A stretch of DNA of 27,092 nucleotides from Saprospiraceae bacterium. GTDB taxonomy: Bacteria; Bacteroidota; Bacteroidia; Chitinophagales; Saprospiraceae. Each line of letters opens with the position of its first letter. Position 1 is the first letter of the stretch. Below are positions 17,147 to 26,249 of this stretch, piece after piece. Below the pieces are notes generated by a model. The model made no database searches. It was not told the origin of the DNA and saw only the letters and a list, made by a program, of their open reading frames with translations. Where the stretch lies: NCBI GenBank assembly GCA_020436865.1, contig JAGQXA010000020.1:1-27092 (forward strand). Reading direction: 5' to 3'. Both the position numbers and the translations under genes were made by a program.

Positions 17147-20100
17147 ATGTGCAAGCGCCTCCCGCTCCTCCTGCTGGCCTCCCTCCTGTCGCTCCCCATT
17201 TACGCCCAATTGGTCAAGGATGCAAAGGCGCTGGCGGAGACTTTCCGCAAGGCGCCGGCCGTAGAACTCGACCTCGGAAACGAGCCGATCCGCGGACTGC
17301 AGATCTACCACAACGCTCTGCGCCTGTCGCCTGAAGAGATCCGCCCACGAATGATCTTGGAGTTGGGGCAATACGAACTTTACGGACTGGATCGCTCCAT
17401 CGCGCTGAGTTACGGCGACCGCTCCGTGCCCATCAACCCCGCCGAAAAAGTCACCATCCAAAATGACCCGCTGACCCTAAGCTATAGCGGTGGAAGCCAA
17501 GGTAGATTGCTGATGCAGCCCAACCACAACAGCCGGGTAACGATCGTTGACCCGAGCTCCGATTCTACCCACACCTACACTCACTTCGCTTCGATCACCG
17601 ATTTCATCGTCAATAGCCCGATCGATGCGGGCGATCTCTCCGAACCGCTGGAACTTTCGGGCGCCGATCCAGAGTCGTTCGACATCGAGATCTATCAGAT
17701 CAACGGAGCCGACACCTTGTGGCTCCTGTACCGGCGTGACCCTTTCCTATTGCAACCATCTGGTAAACCCACCACCTTTTTCTATAGAGCCGACACTTTG
17801 GAATGGACCTCCGACGCTACCGGCTCCATCCCCAAGAAAGAACTTCAAGATCAGCTGTGTATCCTCCTGCGCCATTCCGAATTCGCCGACGAAACCCGCT
17901 TCTACGGCCAGCCGCTTAGCAAGCTGGCCGACGTATTTGCGGAAAATCCCTACCTGCACGACTATCTCCCGGAAGACCTCTTCCCGGAAAACACCCTCTA
18001 TATTCAGGAATACTGGTTCCCCGCCGACTTCGGGTGCGAACTCACCGCCGACCCCTCGCTTTCCTGGCAAGACATCCTCTACCGCGAGGGCAAGGTATCG
18101 CTGGAAAGCCGGACCCGCCTGCAAGAGGTCATCGAAGACCCCGACAAGCGCATCCTGGCCCGCGACCGCCTCGAACGGGTCTCGCAGATCAGCACGGCGC
18201 GCAGCGAACAATTGCAACCCCAAGGCATCGACGCCACTGCCATTATCGTCGGCCTCTCCGATTTCATCACCGAACGGGCCCAGGAAGAGCTTTACATCAC
18301 CTTCCTCGAGCATTTTCAGGAAATGCTCAACGACACCAGCAAGGAGATCCATATCCTCTTCCCCAATACCGTCAACCTGCTCAACCAGTTCGACGTGGTC
18401 AACTACCGCCAGATGCTGCAGACGGCCAAGCCGGCCTTCCTCAAAGACCTGCAACACCTGGCCCTGCATTTTCCACAATTGCTGAAACTCGAGAAATATC
18501 AGCAGTTCTACGATTCTCCGGAGGTATTCAACCTGGCCTTGTTCTACGAGATCACCAACATGGTCTACCTCGACATCCCGGTCGATACCGTGCTGCTGAA
18601 AACCTATCAAGACCTCCGGATCCGCCAGGAAGACCTGACCGCCACCATTCTCAACCGGGTAGCGCATCGCCTGTACCAGAACGGCGCCGCCAGCGCGCGG
18701 CTCAATAGTCTGTCGAACGACATGAGCGACTACTGCAGCAAACTGCGTGGGCAATATGAAGAACTTCGGTACCTATCGGCCACCCTTACCGCCGAACTGG
18801 ACACCTTAGAACTGCTGCAGTCGAATATCCTGCCCAGTCCGCCCCAGCACATCAGCAGCCTGATCAACAGCCTGCAGAGCAATTTGGCCAACCTCGTTGC
18901 CGACCAGGAGCGCCTGCTGGCCAAATCCGAAAACAGCACCTCCGACGAAGTATTCGACTACTTTGAAAACTACCTGCAAGCCAATCTGTCGGGCGAAGAC
19001 TACTACGGCTACGCCCTGCAAAACCCTGACCTCGAACGCTTCGATCACTATTTCGGACATCCGACGGAGCCCGTCGAACTAGTGACCAAAGGGCTGCGAC
19101 AATCACGCGTATTGCTCGACATGCAACTGCCCGGCGACTACCAATACTGGCAGAGCGAAGCCGGCGAACTGGAGGAAAGCGTGCGACAGCTGAAGACCGA
19201 GATCCTGAAAATGATCGCCGGTAATCTGGATGTCCGTCTCGAACGGGTACGAGCTAAGAAAGAACTCCTGCGCTTTGCCCTGGAGGCCGAAGCTGCTTTC
19301 TGGAGAAAGCGGCCCCGCACGCATCAGCAGGTATCGGCCCTGCAGTTCCTCGACAGCGTGCTGACCAAAAACGACATCTGGGCGGAAGTCGACCACACGC
19401 TGCTCTACGACCCGACTCCCGTCAGAGCCCTGCTGCAGTCCGAAGAGTATTTTGCCCGCATCAACCAACGGGTCGCACTGGCGGAGTCCAACCTGGAAGA
19501 AGTGTACTGGCGGACTCAACAACAATTAGCCATCTTACAGGAAAGACAGGCCGGCCTTAAGATCAACAGCGCCTGGCATCAGGCCCATCAGGAACAGATG
19601 GCACTTCGCATGGAGCACTGGACGCAGGTCGACTCGCTCGTCGACGCCTTCTGCCGCTGGCGCGAACAATCGGTCATGCCCGGCACCCGCCGCCCCGGCC
19701 CGGACGACCTGATGTTGGAAGACATCGACACCTTCAAGGTAAATCTGTCGAACCTCAACGCGACCTACGAGCAACTACTGGCAGAACTTCGCCAAGACCT
19801 CGCCGACGACATGGCCGCCAATCCCGGCAAGTACGTCCAGGCCGACCAGGAAATGGCGCCCCTTTATTCGGCAACCCACAATCTCTTCCTCGCCGAGCTG
19901 GAAAGCCGCCTGGCCTCCGAGCGGCTCATCGATTCGAGTAAATACGTCCAACTCGATCAGATTGCTCAAGGCCTTTCCCAGTGCGGAACATGGATCGAGG
20001 AGACCAAGGAGAAAACCGGCAAGCTGAAGTCGGGTCTCGAGGACCTGGAGCGCGAGCACGGCAAAAGCCTCTTCGCCGCCCGCCAAAACGCCGAAGACCT

Positions 20101-21439
20101 GACCCGGGCGATGGAACTGGGCATACATCTGCTGTTTTCGTTTCAGCAGGATTATCACCTCGACTCTCTCGTCCTCTACGATACGCTGCAGGTGACCATC
20201 ACCGAGCGGCGGCCCGAGCGTCTGGCAGTCGAAACCGACACCATGCGTTCCTACCTGCGCACCGAACTCATTCCGCTGGATACCATTCCCGATCCGGCTT
20301 TCCGCAAGTGGATCAGCAAAGTGTCTTTCGACTCGATCATGGCCGATCCGTTCCAACGCGCCGCCTTTCTCGGGTTGCTCTACCAACGGCTGCAATCGGT
20401 CCAGGTGGCCCCTGGCCGGCTTTCGCCGAAAGGACTCTCGGTGCTGGCCACCGAAGGCGTGAATGCCTTTGCCGACATCGACGATTACCGCCAGCGCCTC
20501 AAGCAGAAAAAGGCCCGGAAGGAAAAACTGAGCTTCCAGGATTACTACCCCTTCATCCGCACCTCCGTGCAGATGATCAACACCACGCTGACCACCCAGA
20601 TCGGGCAGGAAGCGCTGGTCGACAAATACCCTTCTCTGCGCCCCATCCCGGGACTGACGGAAAACGGGCTATCGATGTACGAGAGTATTTTCGCCAAGCA
20701 ATATGGCCAGGCCCTGTACCACGCCATGGACCTCCTGAAGATCATCTGGGATGCCGAATTTCCATCCGAGCGGAAAGCCAACGGCAAGCTAAAGCTCTCC
20801 GACGACCAGAAAAAGAACGAGCGAGTGCGCAACGCCATCCTGCTGTATGGCACCTTCATGGCCCAGGTGCTCGACGCCGATTCGCCGGAAGAAGTGAAAG
20901 CCGCCCTCGACGCTGCCGCCGTACCGGTGGGCAGTTCGCGCAACAAACGCGAGCAGATCTTCAATCTCAGCATTAATTCATATCTGGGAGTGGCCGTGAG
21001 CAACGAAAAACTGGAGCGCCCCGCCCCCGGGCAGGCTCCGGACAGGCTTGCCTTTGGGCTGAGCGTGCCGGTAGGTGTAAGCGCCAGTTTTGCCCTGTCG
21101 TGGCCTCGTCATAGTTCGATCAGCGTTTTCGCCTCCCTGCTCGACCTGGGCGCCGTTACCTCCTTCCGGATCAACGACCCCTACGCGGAGGATCTGCCCG
21201 AACTAAATTTCAAGAACGTCTTTGCACCGGGCGGTTTCCTGATCTACAATTTCCCCAAAAGCCCGATTTCGCTGGGCTTTGGCTTCCAACAAGGTCCGCA
21301 ACTTCGAAGCATTACGGAAAATGGCATTGAGATCGACAAATCGTCGGCCTTCCGGGGTCCGATCGGCTTCCTGAGTATAGACGTGCCCTTGTTCAACTTG
21401 TACCAGGGCCCCAAACGATTGACGAAGATCCATAAATAG
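17147..21439 (+). CDS. Large exported hypothetical protein (about 1430 aa), mostly helical with a beta-rich C-terminus
   Basis: Long uninterrupted ORF (track start 17111; the MCKRLPLLLLASLLSLPIYA|Q start at 17147 gives a clean signal peptide). No catalytic motif recognised. Confidence 0.85.
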   Translation: MCKRLPLLLLASLLSLPIYAQLVKDAKALAETFRKAPAVELDLGNEPIRGLQIYHNALRLSPEEIRPRMILELGQYELYGLDRSIALSYGDRSVPINPAEKVTIQNDPLTLSYSGGSQGRLLMQPNHNSRVTIVDPSSDSTHTYTHFASITDFIVNSPIDAGDLSEPLELSGADPESFDIEIYQINGADTLWLLYRRDPFLLQPSGKPTTFFYRADTLEWTSDATGSIPKKELQDQLCILLRHSEFADETRFYGQPLSKLADVFAENPYLHDYLPEDLFPENTLYIQEYWFPADFGCELTADPSLSWQDILYREGKVSLESRTRLQEVIEDPDKRILARDRLERVSQISTARSEQLQPQGIDATAIIVGLSDFITERAQEELYITFLEHFQEMLNDTSKEIHILFPNTVNLLNQFDVVNYRQMLQTAKPAFLKDLQHLALHFPQLLKLEKYQQFYDSPEVFNLALFYEITNMVYLDIPVDTVLLKTYQDLRIRQEDLTATILNRVAHRLYQNGAASARLNSLSNDMSDYCSKLRGQYEELRYLSATLTAELDTLELLQSNILPSPPQHISSLINSLQSNLANLVADQERLLAKSENSTSDEVFDYFENYLQANLSGEDYYGYALQNPDLERFDHYFGHPTEPVELVTKGLRQSRVLLDMQLPGDYQYWQSEAGELEESVRQLKTEILKMIAGNLDVRLERVRAKKELLRFALEAEAAFWRKRPRTHQQVSALQFLDSVLTKNDIWAEVDHTLLYDPTPVRALLQSEEYFARINQRVALAESNLEEVYWRTQQQLAILQERQAGLKINSAWHQAHQEQMALRMEHWTQVDSLVDAFCRWREQSVMPGTRRPGPDDLMLEDIDTFKVNLSNLNATYEQLLAELRQDLADDMAANPGKYVQADQEMAPLYSATHNLFLAELESRLASERLIDSSKYVQLDQIAQGLSQCGTWIEETKEKTGKLKSGLEDLEREHGKSLFAARQNAEDLTRAMELGIHLLFSFQQDYHLDSLVLYDTLQVTITERRPERLAVETDTMRSYLRTELIPLDTIPDPAFRKWISKVSFDSIMADPFQRAAFLGLLYQRLQSVQVAPGRLSPKGLSVLATEGVNAFADIDDYRQRLKQKKARKEKLSFQDYYPFIRTSVQMINTTLTTQIGQEALVDKYPSLRPIPGLTENGLSMYESIFAKQYGQALYHAMDLLKIIWDAEFPSERKANGKLKLSDDQKKNERVRNAILLYGTFMAQVLDADSPEEVKAALDAAAVPVGSSRNKREQIFNLSINSYLGVAVSNEKLERPAPGQAPDRLAFGLSVPVGVSASFALSWPRHSSISVFASLLDLGAVTSFRINDPYAEDLPELNFKNVFAPGGFLIYNFPKSPISLGFGFQQGPQLRSITENGIEIDKSSAFRGPIGFLSIDVPLFNLYQGPKRLTKIHK

Positions 21440-21467
21440 ACACAATAGCCAACGAAAAACCCTTAGC

Positions 21468-22226
21468 ATGGAGTTACCCAAATACTTTCGCGACTTCATT
21501 CAATCGGAAGAACACCCGAGCATGGACGACGTCAAAGCCGTCCTGCGAAATAAGCAGGGGTTCGCGCATCTGTTCTCTCCCGGCTATACCAAAGACGATC
21601 TGCTCGAGATCATCGAAATGCCCAATAATAAGTGCCGGGTCGTGATCGGACAGCCGGAAGAGAACCCCTTGCCCGATCCGGAGATCGAACAACTTATCGA
21701 TTCGGGCAAAGCCCTCGTGTTCATCCACACTTCCGATTTTAAGGGCGACCGCTTGCGGATCGAGAAGTTCCTAAAGAAAGGGGCCTGCCTGGTCTTTGAA
21801 GGGAACAAGGGTTACACCATCCAGTACATCTCCGAACTGATCGCCCAGGCCAAGGAGCGGTTGTTCATCGTACCTTCGGAGTTCAGCCTCGTCGACGTGA
21901 AAACCTTGCTGACCAAAGGCCTGACGGTCGAAGTCCGCAAAGACCTCCCTTTCCTGCAAACCGCCAGGGATGTGGAAGAATTGATCGGCGCCGGCAAGGA
22001 GCGCCTGCTGATCCAGCACGAAGGCTACGCCATTTCCTCCCTGCTGCAATTTTTGGATAAAGGCGCCTGCGTGAAGATCGTTAACCGAAACGGCCTGGAA
22101 GAAGAACGCCTCCTGCTAAATCTGATCCGAAAAGGGCAACAGCGCACCCTCATTCAGATCAATGCCGTCGACAAACGCGACATCCCCCGCTATATGCAAG
22201 AGGGCGCCAAGATCGTCCCGTACTGA
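21468..22226 (+). CDS. Hypothetical cytoplasmic protein with four ~48-aa tandem repeats
   Basis: 252 aa, ATG start 28 bp after the upstream stop, no signal peptide; repeat anchors LIDSGK, LIAQAK, LIGAGK and LIRKGQ at aa 76, 124, 172 and 219. Confidence 0.8.
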   Translation: MELPKYFRDFIQSEEHPSMDDVKAVLRNKQGFAHLFSPGYTKDDLLEIIEMPNNKCRVVIGQPEENPLPDPEIEQLIDSGKALVFIHTSDFKGDRLRIEKFLKKGACLVFEGNKGYTIQYISELIAQAKERLFIVPSEFSLVDVKTLLTKGLTVEVRKDLPFLQTARDVEELIGAGKERLLIQHEGYAISSLLQFLDKGACVKIVNRNGLEEERLLLNLIRKGQQRTLIQINAVDKRDIPRYMQEGAKIVPY

Positions 22227-22232
22227 CCTTAC

Positions 22233-22326
22233 CCTGCCGCAAGCCCCATTTGCTGCGCAGTAGACAAACTTGGCGTTGGCAGGCCCAAACTCACTCTCAC
22301 TCTCACTCTCAAACTCCTTTCACCAC
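22233..22326. repeat. Composite repeat-like element: CCTGCC...GGCAGG hairpin, (ACTCTC)3 tract and ACTCCTTTCAC
   Basis: CCTGCC 22233-22238 pairs with GGCAGG 22278-22283, with an inner CTGCGCAG palindrome; three perfect ACTCTC units at 22293-22310; overlaps the regulator stop codon. Confidence 0.55.
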
Positions 22327-23019
22327 CATCCGGTACCCCACCCCATGCACATTGAGGATCTCGATGTTCGGATCCTCTTTCAACAACTGCCGTAGTTTGC
22401 TGACGTACACGTTAAGGCTTCGGCCGCGCAGGTAATCTTCGTCGCCCCAAATGCGCTTCAGCACCAAGCGGCGGTCGATCAGCCCTTCCGCGTCGTCGCA
22501 GAAGGCCTGCAGAAGCTTCGATTCGATGGCCGTTAGCTTGATGTCGGTATCTCCTAAGATCAATTCGCGCGTGTAGGCGTTGAAGCGGTAGCGGCCAAGT
22601 TCGTACTCGCGGCGTTCTTCCTTTTCCTCCTGCTGCCGGAAACCGGCCCTCTTCAGAATGGCATTGACCCTGAGGAAGAGCTCTTCCATGCTGAACGGCT
22701 TGGTGATGTAATCGTCGGCGCCCAGCGTCAGTCCCTTGATGCGGTGTTCCTTTTCCGTTTGCCCGGTGAGAAAAATGATCGGTACCTGCTCGTCGATCTC
22801 GCGGATCTCGCCGGCTAGCGTAAATCCGTCCTTCATCGGCATGCGCACGTCGAGGATGCACAGGTCGTACCGACCGGCCTTGAACTCCTGCAAACCTTCT
22901 TCGCCGCTATGCCGCAGGGCGACGGCAAAGCCTTTGGCTTCGAGATATTCCTGGGTCAGTACGCTGAATTGCCGGTCGTCGTCGACCAGCAAAAGCCGGG
23001 CTCCTGCGGTGCTCCTCAT
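22309..23019 (-). CDS. OmpR/PhoB-family response regulator (RprY-like), no adjacent kinase
   Basis: LLLVDDD, LCILDVRMPMKDGF, FLTG, GADDYITKPF; winged helix LTAIESKLL...RSLNVYVSKLR...VHGVGY. Confidence 0.94.
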   Translation of the reverse strand: MRSTAGARLLLVDDDRQFSVLTQEYLEAKGFAVALRHSGEEGLQEFKAGRYDLCILDVRMPMKDGFTLAGEIREIDEQVPIIFLTGQTEKEHRIKGLTLGADDYITKPFSMEELFLRVNAILKRAGFRQQEEKEERREYELGRYRFNAYTRELILGDTDIKLTAIESKLLQAFCDDAEGLIDRRLVLKRIWGDEDYLRGRSLNVYVSKLRQLLKEDPNIEILNVHGVGYRMVVKGV

Positions 23020-23148
23020 ATGATCTGCTTGAACAAACTCTAAAGTGGTTAGCGTCGATTGAAATTAGGAAATCGTCCGGCCATCTCCAAGCCTACCGGC
23101 CGAACTCGGGTGGGAATTGATCCTTTTTAACCAGCCATCCCCCGATTT

Positions 23149-23168
23149 TACCCTTTTTTACCCTTTTT
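23149..23168. promoter_or_regulatory. Tandem 10-bp direct repeat (candidate regulator binding site)
   Basis: TACCCTTTTT twice (23149-23158, 23159-23168) in the divergent intergenic region between the regulator and the serine hydrolase. Confidence 0.35.
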
Positions 23169-23244
23169 GGATTTCCCTTGCGCTTTTGCCGGCAGAAACC
23201 CCTGCACTTTTGCCTCATCAACCATTTACCAAAAAGAATTCCCC

Positions 23245-24363
23245 ATGAAAAACAAAAGTATTGTCTGGCTCTTCCTCGGCGCAGCGCTCTTCTTCAGCCC
23301 GAGTTGCGAAAAGAATCCCATCGACACCCTCTGTAGCCCGAATGTCCTCAACCTCGACAAATTCGAAGAAGCCCTGCTCGCCGAACTCGACGGCCAGGTA
23401 ATGGGCTATGCCTACATCATTTCGCAGGATGGCGTCTCTAAGCGATCCGGCGCCGACGGATGGGCCCGCACCGGTACCGACGGACAAAAGGCCATGAGCA
23501 TCAACGAGAAAATGCAGGTGGCCAGCGTCAGCAAGAACATCACGACCGCCGCCGCCCTGGCCGTTTGCGAACTGAAAGGCATCGATGTAAATGCCTCGAT
23601 CGCCGATTATCTGCCCCCGCACTGGAGCCTCGGTCCCGGCATCAACAATGTATCGATCTACGACTTGCTCTGGCAAGGCGCCGGACTCAACACCCTCGGC
23701 ACTCAGAACTTCTCCGCTACGCGCTACGACTCGCTGCAGGCCTACATCGCCGCCGGCGCCCAGCAACCCAAAGTCCGAACCTACTCCAATACGCACCACG
23801 GGATGTTCCGGGTACTCCTGCCCCGCATGTGGGACGTACCGCGCCCGGCCGACGGCAGCTACGATGAAGATTTCTGCACTTCCGTCTACAAGCAGTGCGT
23901 ACAGAAAGTGTTGTTCGAGAAGATCGGCATCTTCAATACCGATTGCAAGCCCCCCGCCAACAACCCCTTGCTGGGCTACTCCGGCCCCAATGACAATGCA
24001 GGCTCCGGAGGCACCTCCGACTTCAGCGATGTGGCGGGAGGGACCGGATGGAATTTGACCGCCGAAGAAACGGCCAAATACTGGGCTTACCTCTGGCATA
24101 GTAACACCCTGATCAACCAGCAATCGCGCGATCTGATGCGCAACAATACGCTGGGCCTCTGGAACTCGGTCAACGGCGACAAAGGCCTCTACTACTGCAA
24201 ACTCGGCGGTTGGAACTTCGGCGGCAACGACTGGATGCGCTCGGCCGTCATGCATTTCCCCGACGGCGTACAAGTGACCCTGTTCGTCAATTCCCCCAAC
24301 ACCAACGGCAAAGCGCTCAACAACCTGTGCCGCGATGCCTACGACAACGGCTTCGGCTGCTGA
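23245..24363 (+). CDS. Serine hydrolase, beta-lactamase/PBP fold, probable lipoprotein
   Basis: Start MKNKSIVWLFLGAALFFSPS-C at 23245; SxxK (ASVSK), YSN, and a late KLGG motif. Confidence 0.85.
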   Translation: MKNKSIVWLFLGAALFFSPSCEKNPIDTLCSPNVLNLDKFEEALLAELDGQVMGYAYIISQDGVSKRSGADGWARTGTDGQKAMSINEKMQVASVSKNITTAAALAVCELKGIDVNASIADYLPPHWSLGPGINNVSIYDLLWQGAGLNTLGTQNFSATRYDSLQAYIAAGAQQPKVRTYSNTHHGMFRVLLPRMWDVPRPADGSYDEDFCTSVYKQCVQKVLFEKIGIFNTDCKPPANNPLLGYSGPNDNAGSGGTSDFSDVAGGTGWNLTAEETAKYWAYLWHSNTLINQQSRDLMRNNTLGLWNSVNGDKGLYYCKLGGWNFGGNDWMRSAVMHFPDGVQVTLFVNSPNTNGKALNNLCRDAYDNGFGC

Positions 24364-24416
24364 TCCCACAACCCGATCGATCCCAATGCCGATTTTCCCA
24401 TGAATATCCCCCCATC

Positions 24417-24448
24417 AAAAAAGGGGCTCCGTCCGCGGAGCCCCTTTT
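24417..24448. terminator. Bidirectional intrinsic terminator between convergent genes
   Basis: AAAAGGGGCTCCG (24419-24431) / CGGAGCCCCTTTT (24436-24448), 4-nt loop, A/T runs on both sides. Confidence 0.88.
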
Positions 24449-24455
24449 CTCTCAT

Positions 24456-24539
24456 CACACTCAAACGCACTCTCACACCTGCCTGCCGATCCCGACAATT
24501 GTCTGGACGGCGGAGGCAGGCTCACACTCCTTTCACTAC
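24456..24539. repeat. Composite repeat-like element: CACTC-type tract, GCCTGCC...GGCAGGC hairpin and ACTCCTTTCAC
   Basis: GCCTGCC 24481-24487 pairs with GGCAGGC 24515-24521, with an inner GACAATTGTC palindrome at 24494-24503; abuts the aminopeptidase stop. Confidence 0.6.
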
Positions 24540-25829
24540 CTCCATATTCATCAACTCCTCGATCTCTTCCGCCTCGATCGGGATTTCAGCCATCAGGTCG
24601 ATCGGCCCATGGTCGGTAACGAGGATGTCGTTCTCGAGGCGAATGCCCAGGTCTTCCTCCGGAATGTAGATGCCCGGCTCGCAGGTGAAGACCATCCCAG
24701 CCTGGATGGGATCGTAACGGCTACCCCTGTCATGCACGTCGAGCCCCAGATGATGGGAGGTTCCATGCATGAAATAGCGCTTGTAGGCGGGAAAGTTCTT
24801 GTCCTGGTTCTTGATGTCGGCAGCATCGAGGAGGCCCAGCCCGACCAGCTCGCTTTCCATCAGCTTGCCGACCTCCTTATGGTACTCTTCCAGCAATACG
24901 CCCGGCACCAGCATTTGCCGGGCAGCCTTTAACACCGACAGCACCGAATCGTACACAGCGCGTTGCCGCCGGGTAAACCGACCGCTTACCGGGATGGTCC
25001 GGCTCAGGTCGGCCGCATAGTTAGCGTATTCGGCCCCGAAGTCGAGCAACAGAAGATCGCCGTCGGCGCAAACCCGGTTATTTTGCACGTAGTGCAACAC
25101 GCAGGAGTTGGCCCCGGAGGCGATGATCGGTTCATAGGCATGGCCGTTGGCACGGTTGCGCAGGAATTCATGCGTGATCTCGGCTTCGATCTCGAATTCG
25201 GCCACTTCGGGACGCACCATTTTCAGTACTCTGTTGAACGCCTTTCCGGTAATGTCGATCGACTGGCGGATCACTTCCACTTCATAGGTGGTCTTGATCA
25301 TGGCCAGCTTCTTGAGCACCGGCTGCGCGCGCTGAAATTGATGCGCGGGATAGCGCTCTTTGAGTTGCCGGGCAAAGCGCAGGTTACGCGTTGGCACTTC
25401 CGATCGAAAGTGGTCGTGTTCGTTGAGGTTGACGTAAATATTTCTGGCCAACAGGATCAATTCGTGAAGGATGCCGTCCATCTCGTCGAGCCAGTGGATC
25501 CGCTGGATGCCGGATACGGCCCGCGCTTGTTCCTTGGTATATTTTTCCCCCTCCCAGCGTCGGATGTGGTCGTTGGTCCGCTTGATGAACGCCAACTCCC
25601 GAAAACCCTCCTTGACACAGTCGGGAAAGAGGACGACCACCGTTTCTTCCTGATCGAGCCCGGAAAGGTAGAACAGATCGGCGTTCTGCCTAAAGGGAAA
25701 ATAGCTGTCGCCGCTGCGCGGCATCAGGTCGTTGCTATGAAAAATGGCAATCGACCCGGGCTCCATCTCGCGCACGAAACGGCGGCGATTGAGTTCGAAC
25801 AGTTCGGTGGGAAGCACTTCGTATTTCAT
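24522..25829 (-). CDS. pepP: Xaa-Pro aminopeptidase (M24B)
   Basis: FRQNADLFYLSG, LLLLDFGA, YAADLSRT, HGTSHHLGLDVHD, EPGIY and GIRLENDI metal-binding motifs. Confidence 0.93.
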   Translation of the reverse strand: MKYEVLPTELFELNRRRFVREMEPGSIAIFHSNDLMPRSGDSYFPFRQNADLFYLSGLDQEETVVVLFPDCVKEGFRELAFIKRTNDHIRRWEGEKYTKEQARAVSGIQRIHWLDEMDGILHELILLARNIYVNLNEHDHFRSEVPTRNLRFARQLKERYPAHQFQRAQPVLKKLAMIKTTYEVEVIRQSIDITGKAFNRVLKMVRPEVAEFEIEAEITHEFLRNRANGHAYEPIIASGANSCVLHYVQNNRVCADGDLLLLDFGAEYANYAADLSRTIPVSGRFTRRQRAVYDSVLSVLKAARQMLVPGVLLEEYHKEVGKLMESELVGLGLLDAADIKNQDKNFPAYKRYFMHGTSHHLGLDVHDRGSRYDPIQAGMVFTCEPGIYIPEEDLGIRLENDILVTDHGPIDLMAEIPIEAEEIEELMNMEVVKGV

Positions 25830-25856
25830 CGGGCGTCGAAATTTTCAGAAGCTGGA

Positions 25857-26243
25857 TCAAAGGCGTTTATCCACCTCGACCAAGGTGGCCGGATCGTAGG
25901 AACCAAACCACTTACCCAGCTTTTCCCGGGCTTTTTCGCGGATCTCCTCGTCGACATAGCAGGCAATGGTCACCAGCCCGAAGCTCAGTACTCCGATATC
26001 GTCGGTGTAGCCGATCACCGGGGTCAGGTCGGGTAGCGCATCGAGCGGCGATAGCAAATATCCCAATGTGCCAAGGATAATGTTGCGCGCCCAGAGCGGC
26101 GTTTCCCTCCTTTTGAAAGCATAGAACAGGAGTAGGACCGTATAGGTGGTACGGAGCCCAATCTGCCTCGCCACCCGGGTCAGCACGCGCCACATCCGTG
26201 ACTCGGAAAAGGCCGGTATATACATCTTGAATGGATTCTTCAT
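25857..26243 (-). CDS. YkvA / DUF1232 family membrane protein
   Basis: ILGTLGYLLSPLDALPDLTPVIGYTDDIGVL signature. Confidence 0.9.
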   Translation of the reverse strand: MKNPFKMYIPAFSESRMWRVLTRVARQIGLRTTYTVLLLFYAFKRRETPLWARNIILGTLGYLLSPLDALPDLTPVIGYTDDIGVLSFGLVTIACYVDEEIREKAREKLGKWFGSYDPATLVEVDKRL

Positions 26244-26249
26244 GATCGT

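Noticed and set aside
22312-22321. AAAGGAG on the minus strand (also near 24526-24533) as a Shine-Dalgarno site
   Set aside because: It lies in the last codons of genes with no credible downstream start, and Bacteroidota rarely use SD sequences.
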